A DNA stretch of 63,460 bases, filler included, from Reclinomonas americana ATCC 50394 (lineage: Eukaryota): the NCBI GenBank assembly GCA_048213135.1. It is 4 parts of 3 records of this genome, joined end to end, with 100 filler letters (N's around TTAATTAATTAA, not from the genome) between each part and the next. Parts side by side here need not be neighbours in the genome. Positions count along the whole stretch, not along the records: positions 49,447 to 61,494 come from PS015314.1; positions 61,595 to 63,460 come from PS015324.1; 2 more parts are not named here. One strand, 5' to 3'. Numbering within the stretch: position 1 is the stretch's first letter; each line of letters starts with the position of its first letter. The translations under genes and the position numbers were made by a program. Positions 55,071 to 63,460 of the stretch are shown one piece after another. Under the pieces are notes generated by a model that saw only the letters and a list, made by a program, of their open reading frames with translations, made no database searches and was not told the origin of the DNA.

Positions 55071-55811
55071 AGGGTGGGAGTGATCTTGAGTGTGCGGGGA
55101 GAGGGAGGGAGAGAGACAAGAGGAAGGGAACAAGAATACAAGCAATAAACAATCAGCGGTGTTCACACGAAGAGAGAGAGGGAGAGAGAGGGAGAGAGAG
55201 AGAGAGACAGAGAGAAACAGAGACAGAGTACGAGAGAGAAAGAAAAACAGAGAGAGACAGAGAGACACACACATTGCCCTCCTCATCAAGACGCAACAGA
55301 CAAACACCGTGGCCACAAACTCGTAGCGTGCTTCCACGCCTTCTTCACCATCCACATCAACGCACAGATACCGCTCGCCTCCACTGCCATCGCGCGACGC
55401 ATCAAAGGCGAGCGACGAGGCGCCGGAGTTGTTGTTGTTGACAAGGACGACGGCGATCGGAGATGAACTCGTGCATGCGCGATCGAGAAAGAGAGTGGCA
55501 GTGGAGGCCGTCGACTGCCACGAGCCACTAATGTCAACAAGCTGAGCGGCGGTGCCGGCCTTGATGGCAATGTTGGAGGGCGAGAAGACTGGATTGGATT
55601 TCGCGCGCAAATCGTGAGTTATAAGTTTGTGCGGTGGTGCATATAAAAAAACGCGCGCGTGCGTGCACACAGAGGATATGGTGACGCAACTGAGAGGCGG
55701 CTCCTCTGCAGAGGACAGCAGTGGAGAGAGCAAGAGCACTAAGAGTGCGCAAGTGGCAAAAAACACACTTGCGCTCGTCCGTGTTGCAGTGGGCGGCTGT
55801 GTGTTTCTCAT
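54207..55811 (-). CDS. Secreted or surface protein with signal peptide and repeated beta-sandwich-like units; 3' end lost in gap
   Basis: Signal-like FFATCALLVLLLSPLLSSA; two units, each with a central Cys and ending in YLC. Confidence 0.6.
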
Positions 55812-57124
55812 TTGTGTGTGCGTGTGTGTGTGTTGATCTTCGCTGTTTGAGGCACTGCGTAAAGGGAGGGCGCATAGTGTGTGTCAGAAACACGACATCA
55901 AGACAGGCAGACAAACAAAAACAAGAGCGCGCGACAAGTAAGTGCCACTCTGCAGTGACACCACGTGTGCACGCGTGTGGGTAATGAGGAGAAGGAGTGT
56001 GTCTGCGTATAGTGCATGAAGAGCGCGTGTGCAGTTTCTTGCCTCTCTCTGTGTGTCGCGATCGCTCACCACAAACTGCGCGTGTGCGTGTGTGCAATCG
56101 CGCTTGTCTCACTTGCGTGGGACAGGCAACAACAGGAGGCAAAGCCCAACAACAAAAGACAAGTGCTCCTCTCACTGCGCGCGTCTTTTTGATGTTGTTG
56201 TTGTTTTTTGTGGTCAATATAGAAATATGCTTGTCCCGTTCTTTTCCCAAACTGGGAATTGTGGTATTGCTGCATTCGCCGTCTCTGCGATTTTTTATTG
56301 ACACAAGCAAGCACGAGGTGTGCAGGCGCGTGTACAATTCACGCATGCACGCGGCTGCGCTGTGATATTAATTGCGTTTTTTTAATTCGATCTGATGCAT
56401 GACTCCGGCTTTTGGATACCAAATATGGCAAATAAGGCCGGCGACACGCAAAAGATGGCAATCTCGCTGTCGCTGTGGCGGCGAGACGCACACGCAATCT
56501 GTGTTGGTGAGTGGATCTGTTGCGTTGTCGTGTGCATGTGCATTTGCGTGGAAAGTGGAGAGAGACGACAAGTGTGGCACGTATATTTTCCATGTTTATC
56601 TTCCACACTCTGACGCCCTCTCTTGTGGGACACAGAGCACGCCACCTGTGCGTGGGTGGAGGACTGTGTGCCGCGAGAAAGTAGGGCCGCGGAGACAGCG
56701 GTGTTCGGATCCTGTTTCATGCAAGAAGTGATGCAGTGCACTGACGAATTCAAGAAACAAGTGCACCGATGCATAAGTCTCGTTGCTCTTTAAAGGCAAG
56801 ACACGAGTACTGCAGCTGCACTGTTCTTCCCACGCACATTCCCTTTGCAAGCCGACGACTTCTTCGTTGTTCTTGCAGCTTGTCATGGACCAGCTGGGCT
56901 GCCTTCGAATTCTCTACCCATCGTGACCATCGAAGAGACGACGGCACGCAATTCAGCGGCCCGCAACGCGGCTCGGTGCATGTGCGAGCCACTTGCTTTC
57001 CTCCTCCCATCGATCGCCTGCAAAGCACACGAGACTTCTCATATCGTTCACTGACATACGAGCATTTACTCTGGCCGACCCTTGTGAGATGCACATCCAC
57101 CAGACGTGCGTACGCTGACATAAG

Positions 57125-60100
57125 TCAACATGAAAGACGGGAAATCTGACCACCGTTCACCACCGCCACCAGCTTGGAGCCATCGNNNNNNNNNNNNNNN
57201 NNNNNNNNNNNNNNNNNNNNNNNNNNNNNNNNNNNNNNNNNNNNNNNNNNNNNNNNNNNNNNNNNNNNNNNNNNNNNNNNNNNNNNNNNNNNNNNNNNNN
57301 NNNNNNNNNNNNNNNNNNNNNNNNNNNNNNNNNNNNNNNNNNNNNNNNNNNNNNNNNNNNNNNNNNNNNNNNNNNNNNNNNNNNNNNNNNNNNNNNNNNN
57401 NNNNNNNNNNNNNNNNNNNNNNNNNNNNNNNNNNNNNNNNNNNNNNNNNNNNNNNNNNNNNNNNNNNNNNNNNNNNNNNNNNNNNNNNNNNNNNNNNNNN
57501 NNNNNNNNNNNNNNNNNNNNNNNNNNNNNNNNNNNNNNNNNNNNNNNNNNNNNNNNNNNNNNNNNNNNNNNNNNNNNNNNNNNNNNNNNNNNNNNNNNNN
57601 NNNNNNNNNNNNNNNNNNNNNNNNNNNNNNNNNNNNNNNNNNNNNNNNNNNNNNNNNNNNNNNNNNNNNNNNNNNNNNNNNNNNNNNNNNNNNNNNNNNN
57701 NNNNNNNNNNNNNNNNNNNNNNNNNNNNNNNNNNNNNNNNNNNNNNNNNNNNNNNNNNNNNNNNNNNNNNNNNNNNNNNNNNNNNNNNNNNNNNNNNNTT
57801 GCAGCTGGCATTCGTGTAGTCGCCAGTGCACAGGCAAGAGCCGTCACCTTGACAACTTCCATGACCCGAGCACGAAGCCGACGGACTGCAGTTGCAGCTG
57901 GCATTGGTGTAGTCGCCAGTGCAGTCACACGCCCCCGTTGTCGTGTTGCACGTGCCATGTCCAGAGCACGTCGTTGCCGCCACACAGTTCAAATTGCACG
58001 ATGCGCCGTAGAAGTCAGCGTCGCATTGACAAGTACCGTCTGTCTTGCACGTTCCGTGACCGGAGCACGTGGTAGCCGCCACACAGTTCACGTTGCATGA
58101 TGCACTGTAATAGTCAGCGTTGCACTGGCACGTGCCGTCACTCTTGCACGTGCCATGTCCAGAGCACGTGGCTGCCGCCACACAGTTTACAGTGCACGAT
58201 ACACCATAATAGTCAGTATCACACTGGCAAGTGCCATTGGCGTTGCATGTTCCGTGGCCGAAGCACGTCGCAGTAGGACTGCAGTTGCAGCTGGCATTTG
58301 TGTAGTCGCCAGTGCACTGACAGGTGCCAGTATTCGGATTGAGCATGCCGTGGTCCGAGCACACAGAGCAGCCACCGAGATTCAACGTGTACACCCGACC
58401 ACTGCTCGCAACAAGCACCAGCTTGCTACCGTCACTGGTGGAGGCCACTCCAGTCCAGCTGCGACTGGAATCACGCGCCGACCATGTGACACCAGAATCA
58501 TTGGAGATGAGGATCTGACCTGCATTCAATACTCCAACCAGCCGGGTTCCATCATTGCTGGAGGCCACTGCACTCCACGGACGATTCGCATCGGTAGCCC
58601 TAGCCGTCCACGTCACACCAGAGTCAATGGATGTGTACAACAGACCACCGTTCGATAGAGCAACCAGCTTTGTACCATCACTATTGGACGCCACTGCAAC
58701 CCAGTTTCGGGTTGAGTCGCGCGCCGTCCACGTCGCCCCCGAGTCGATGGAAGTATAGATCTGGCCGTTCTGCACGACAGCCACCAGTTTGGTCCCGTCA
58801 CTGCCGGAGGCAAGTCCAATCCAGTTACGAGCAGAATCCCGTGCTATCCACGTCACACCAGAGTCGACAGACGTGTAGATCAGACCTCCAAAGTCAGCAG
58901 CCACCAATTTGGTACCGTCGCTACTCGAGGCCACTGCAAACCAGCTGCGACTGGAGTTGCGCGCCGTCCACGTCACGCCAGAGTCGATGGAAGTGTAAAT
59001 CTGACCACCCTGCACTGCAGCCACCAGCTTGGTGCCGCTATCGTCGGAGGCCGNNNNNNNNNNNNNNNNNNNNNNNNNNNNNNNNNNNNNNNNNNNNNNN
59101 NNNNNNNNNNNNNNNNNNNNNNNNNNNNNNNNNNNNNNNNNNNNNNNNNNNNNNNNNNNNNNNNNNNNNNNNNNNNNNNNNNNNNNNNNNNNNNNNNNNN
59201 NNNNNNNNNNNNNNNNNNNNNNNNNNNNNNNNNNNNNNNNNNNNNNNNNNNNNNNNNNNNNNNNNNNNNNNNNNNNNNNNNNNNNNNNNNNNNNNNNNNN
59301 NNNNNNNNNNNNNNNNNNNNNNNNNNNNNNNNNNNNNNNNNNNNNNNNNNNNNNNNNNNNNNNNNNNNNNNNNNNNNNNNNNNNNNNNNNNNNNNNNNNN
59401 NNNNNNNNNNNNNNNNNNNNNNNNNNNNNNNNNNNNNNNNNNNNNNNNNNNNNNNNNNNNNNNCGTTGCCGCCACACAGTTCACATTGCACGATGCACCG
59501 TAGAAGTCAGCGTCGCATTGACAAGCACCGTCTGTCTTGCACGTTCCGTGACCAGAGCATGTGGTGGCCGCCACGCAGTTCACATTGCATGATGCACCGT
59601 AATAGTCAGCGTTGCACTGGCATGTGCCGTCACTCTTGCACGTGCCATGTCCAGAGCACGTGGCTGCCGCCACACAGTTTACAGTGCACGATACACCATA
59701 ATAGTCAGTATCACACTGGCAAGTGCCATTGGCGTTGCATGTTCCGTGACCGAAGCACGTCGCAGTAGGACTGCAGTTGCAGCTGGCATTAGTGTAGTCG
59801 CCAGTGCATTGACAGGTGCCAGTATTCGGATTGAGCGTGCCGTGGTCCGAGCACACAGAGCAGCCACCGAGATTCAACGTGTACACCTGACCATTGTTCA
59901 CAGCAAGCACCAGCTTGCTACCGTCACTGGTGGTGGCCACACCGAACCAATTGCGACTGGTATCACGCGCCGACCATGTGAAACCGGAGTCAATGGAGAT
60001 GTAGATTCGATCAGAGAAATTGGTTACAGCAACCAGCCGGGTTCCATCGCTGCTGGAGGCCACTGCACTCCATGGGCGATTCGCATCGGTAGCCCTAGCC

Positions 60101-61494
60101 GTCCACGTCACACCAGAGTCAGTGGACGTGTACACCCAAACACCGTTCCATAGAGCAACCAGCTTGGTACCATCACCGTTGGATGCCACTGCAATCCAGT
60201 TTCGGGTTGAGTCGCGCGCCGTCCACGTCGCCCCCGAGTCGATGGAAGTATAGATCTGGCCGTTCTGCACGACAGCCACCAGTTTGGTGCCGTCAACGTT
60301 GGAGGCCAGTCCAATCCAGTTACGAGCGGAATCACGAGCTGTCCACGTCACACCAGAGTCGACAGACGTGTAGATCAGACCTCCAAAGTCAGCAGCCACC
60401 AATTTGGTACCGTCGCTACTCGAGGCCACTGCAAACCAATTGCGATTGGAGTTGCGCGCCGTCCACGTCACGCCAGAGTCGATAGAAGTGTAAATCTGAC
60501 CACCCTGCACTGCAGCCACCAGCTTGGTGCCGCTATCGTCGGAGGCCATAGCTCGCCAGCTGCGGGCGGAATCGCGAGCAATCCACGTTACACCAGAGTC
60601 AGTGGACGTGTAGATCTGTCCATTCTGCAGCGCAGCCGCCAGCTTGAGGCCGTCACTGCTGCTGACCACTGTCCTCCACGTTGCTGCTGCACGCAACCCT
60701 TGTGATGTGGCTCCNNNNNNNNNNNNNNNNNNNNNNNNNNNNNNNNNNNNNNNNNNNNNNNNNNNNNNNNNNNNNNNNNNNNNNNNNNNNNNNNNNNNNN
60801 NNNNNNNNNNNNNNNNNNNNNNNNNNNNNNNNNNNNNNNNNNNNNNNNNNNNNNNNNNNNNNNNNNNNNNNNNNNNNNNNNNNNNNNNNNNNNNNNNNNN
60901 NNNNNNNNNNNNNNNNNNNNNNNNNNNNNNNNNNNNNNNNNNNNNNNNNNNNNNNNNNNNNNNNNNNNNNNNNNNNNNNNNNNNNNNNNNNNNNNNNNNN
61001 NNNNNNNNNNNNNNNNNNNNNNNNNNNNNNNNNNNNNNNNNNNNNNNNNNNNNNNNNNNNNTGGACTGCAGTTGCAGCTGGCATTCGTGTAGCCGCTCGC
61101 GCACTGACAAGTGCCGTCACTTTTGCACGTCCCGTGACTCGAGCACGTCGCCGATGGACTGCAGTTGCAGCTGGCATTCGCGTAGTCGCCAGTGCACAGG
61201 CACGAGCCGTCACTCTTGCACGTTCCATGACCCGAGCACGTCACCGATGGACTGCAGTTGCAGCTGGCATTCGTGTAGTCACCGGTGCAGTCACACGCCC
61301 CCGTTGTCGTGTTGCACGTGCCGTGTCCAGAGCACGTCGTCGCCGCCACACAACTCACATTGCATGATGCGCCGTAGTAGTCGGCAACGCATGCACAAGT
61401 ACCATTGGCGTTGCATGTGCCATGACCAGAGCACGTCGTGCTGGGACTGCAGTTGCAGCTGGCATTGGTGTAGTCGCCAGTGCACAGGCAAGAG
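57125..61494 (-). CDS. Very large surface protein alternating EGF-like repeat blocks and BNR/Asp-box propeller blocks; gapped and partial
   Basis: CSGHGTC...CQCDADFYGASC repeats and SSDGTKLVA...GQIYTSIDSGVTWTAR repeats; no introns in the sequenced parts. Confidence 0.85.
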
Positions 61495-61538
61495 NNNNNN
61501 NNNNNNNNNNNNNNNNNNNNNNNNNNNNNNNNNNNNNN

Positions 61539-61550
61539 TTAATTAATTAA
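61539..61550. other. Artificial contig linker
   Basis: TTAATTAATTAA between N runs. Confidence 0.95.
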
Positions 61551-61742
61551 NNNNNNNNNNNNNNNNNNNNNNNNNNNNNNNNNNNNNNNNNNNNTACCTC
61601 CTCTCTCTCTCCTCTCTCCTCCTCTCTCTCGCCGCTCTCTTCTCTCTCTCTCTCTCTTCTCTTTCTCTTTCTCTCTCTCTCTCTCTCTCTCCCTCCTCGC
61701 ACCATCACTCACGCTGTTCTCCTCTCTTGCCCTTCCCCCCAG

Positions 61743-63405
61743 GCTACTACGAAAACGTCGTTTTCCACCGCATCATTCGCAACTTTATGATGCAAGGCGG
61801 TGATCCCACTGGCACCGGGCAAGGTCTGCAAATCTCCCCCTCTCCCTCCTCCTCCTTCCCCCTCTTCCCACCTCACACCTCACACCTCCTCCTCCTCCCC
61901 CTCCTCCTTCTCTTGTGCCCAGGTGGTGAATCGGTGTACGGTGCGCCGTTTGAGGATGAATTCCACTCGCGTCTGCGCTTTGGCCGGCGTGGCATTGTGG
62001 CGATGGCGAATGCCGGCCGCAACGACAACGGATCGCAGTTTTTCATCACGCTGGGCGCGTGTGAGTGGCTGAACAATAAGCACACGATATTCGGCAAGGT
62101 CGTCGGCGACACGATTTACAATGTGGCGCGCATGGGCGAACTGGACACGGACACGGACGATCGGCCGCTGTATCCGCCCGTCATTCAGCGCGCGGAGGTG
62201 TTGTGGAACCCATTCGAGGACGTTGTGCCGCGCGAGGGCGTCCGCACGGGTCGCATGGGTGCCAAGGCGGCGGAGGCGGCGGCCGAGGCCGAGCGTAAGA
62301 AGCGCAAGGAGGACAAGGGTGTGCGCAACACCAGCGTGCTCTCGTTTGCGGGTGAGGAGGACGGCGAGGATGCGTCCGAGTTGCCGCTGGCCAAGAAGAA
62401 GATTCGGTCGGCGCACGACGCCCTCGACGATCCGCGCCTGGCCAAGGAGACCGCCGCTCACTTGAAGAATCCCGGCATCACAGTGGTGGAGTTCAAGGAG
62501 AATGTGCGCGAGAAGCGGAAGAAGGAGGAGGACGAGGCGCAGAAGCGCGAGTCGGCAAAGGAGAAGGTGAGGAGGGATAGGAGGTGCAGGGCTGTGGAGG
62601 TTGTCGAGGTATTGATAATGGGTATGGCGTCGTAGGTGCGAGAAGCGGGCCGGCGTGCGGCGGAGACGCGCAAGGCGGCCGAGGAGAGCGGACTGGCGCC
62701 TGCTGAACCGCTGTTGACACCGGGCTCGTCGGCATTTGCGGCGGCCATGCGTGCCAAGCTGATGGAGCGCCAGCGTCGGTTAGCCGAGTCCGACAAGGGC
62801 ATGGACGATGACGACGACGATGAAGATGGGGAGGGTGGCGGTGGTGGTGATGATGATGGTAGCGAACTGGATTCGGATATTGAGCTGGACGAGGAGGCGG
62901 AGCGTGAGGTGCGCATGAAGAAGAAGAAGATCAACAAGGAGGCGAGGTTGAGCACGCTGAAATTCAAGAGCTTGCGACGGGAACAAAGTTGCGTGCGCGA
63001 TGGAGCGGCGATGAGGAAGAAGAGTTGGCTCACTTGTTTCGTGTGCGCGCAGAACTGCAAGAGCAATCCAAGCCGCTGTCGTATCTGGAGGAGCAGCGGA
63101 AAAAGTACATGGAGAAGAAGAAGAATTATTCGTCGCGCGAGAAGTGGACCCTGGAGAAGCTGCAGCAGTTCACCAACAAGCTGCGACAGGCCGACGAGGA
63201 GCTCGCCGCGCAGAGCAAGGGCAAGTCGGCGGCTGATGAGGAGGATGAGGAAGAGGAGGAGGAGGAGGAAGACGAGGCGGGTGAAGATGATGACAGCGAG
63301 GATGAGGAAAAGGCGAAAAAGGCGGCTGCCAAGGCCGGCAAAAAGTCGGCAGCCAAGAGCGCCTCGTGGATGGCCCACCGACTGCAATTTGAGAGCCAGC
63401 AAGCG
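61743..63405 (+). CDS. CWC27: Spliceosome-associated cyclophilin; partial at both ends
   Basis: [86 protein letters not shown]. Confidence 0.92.
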
Positions 63406-63460
63406 GTGAGTCGCACAGCGTGCCTCTGTTTGTGGTGTGCGTCACAGGCAGCTGAAGATT

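Noticed and set aside
56750..57121. 123-aa minus-strand ORF downstream of the EGF/Asp-box gene
   Set aside because: No motif, weak codon bias and no supporting splice structure.

Overview
Nuclear DNA from an intron-dense, GC-rich unicellular eukaryote, standard genetic code (TAA, TAG and TGA all used as stops). It is a draft assembly: four contigs are joined by artificial N-TTAATTAATTAA-N linkers (17910, 49391, 61539), there are many N gaps, and noisy sequence follows several (CT)n tracts. Gene models were spliced by hand. They include a PH-CLU-TPR protein, FHIT, a mitochondrion-targeted stand-alone glycine decarboxylase P2 subunit (GcvPB type), three tandem intronless WD40 genes, an ARM-repeat protein, ALG12 (probably fused to a CS/p23 domain), a CRT-like transporter, two divergent orphan genes, NADP-IDH, ALC1/CHD1L with a C-terminal BRCT, three large surface or secreted proteins, and CWC27. 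The most striking signal is in the splice sites. A large share of introns (14 of 23 in the first gene) begin with a donor shifted by one base (GTTGCGT, GTTGAGT, i.e. GTNNNGT) and mostly lack the exonic -1 G, which points to a modified 5' splice-site recognition system. The second highlight is the WD40 array, with hypervariable surface positions and a conserved F-box/SOCS-like tail, a candidate diversifying receptor system. All family assignments come from motif recognition, not database searches.
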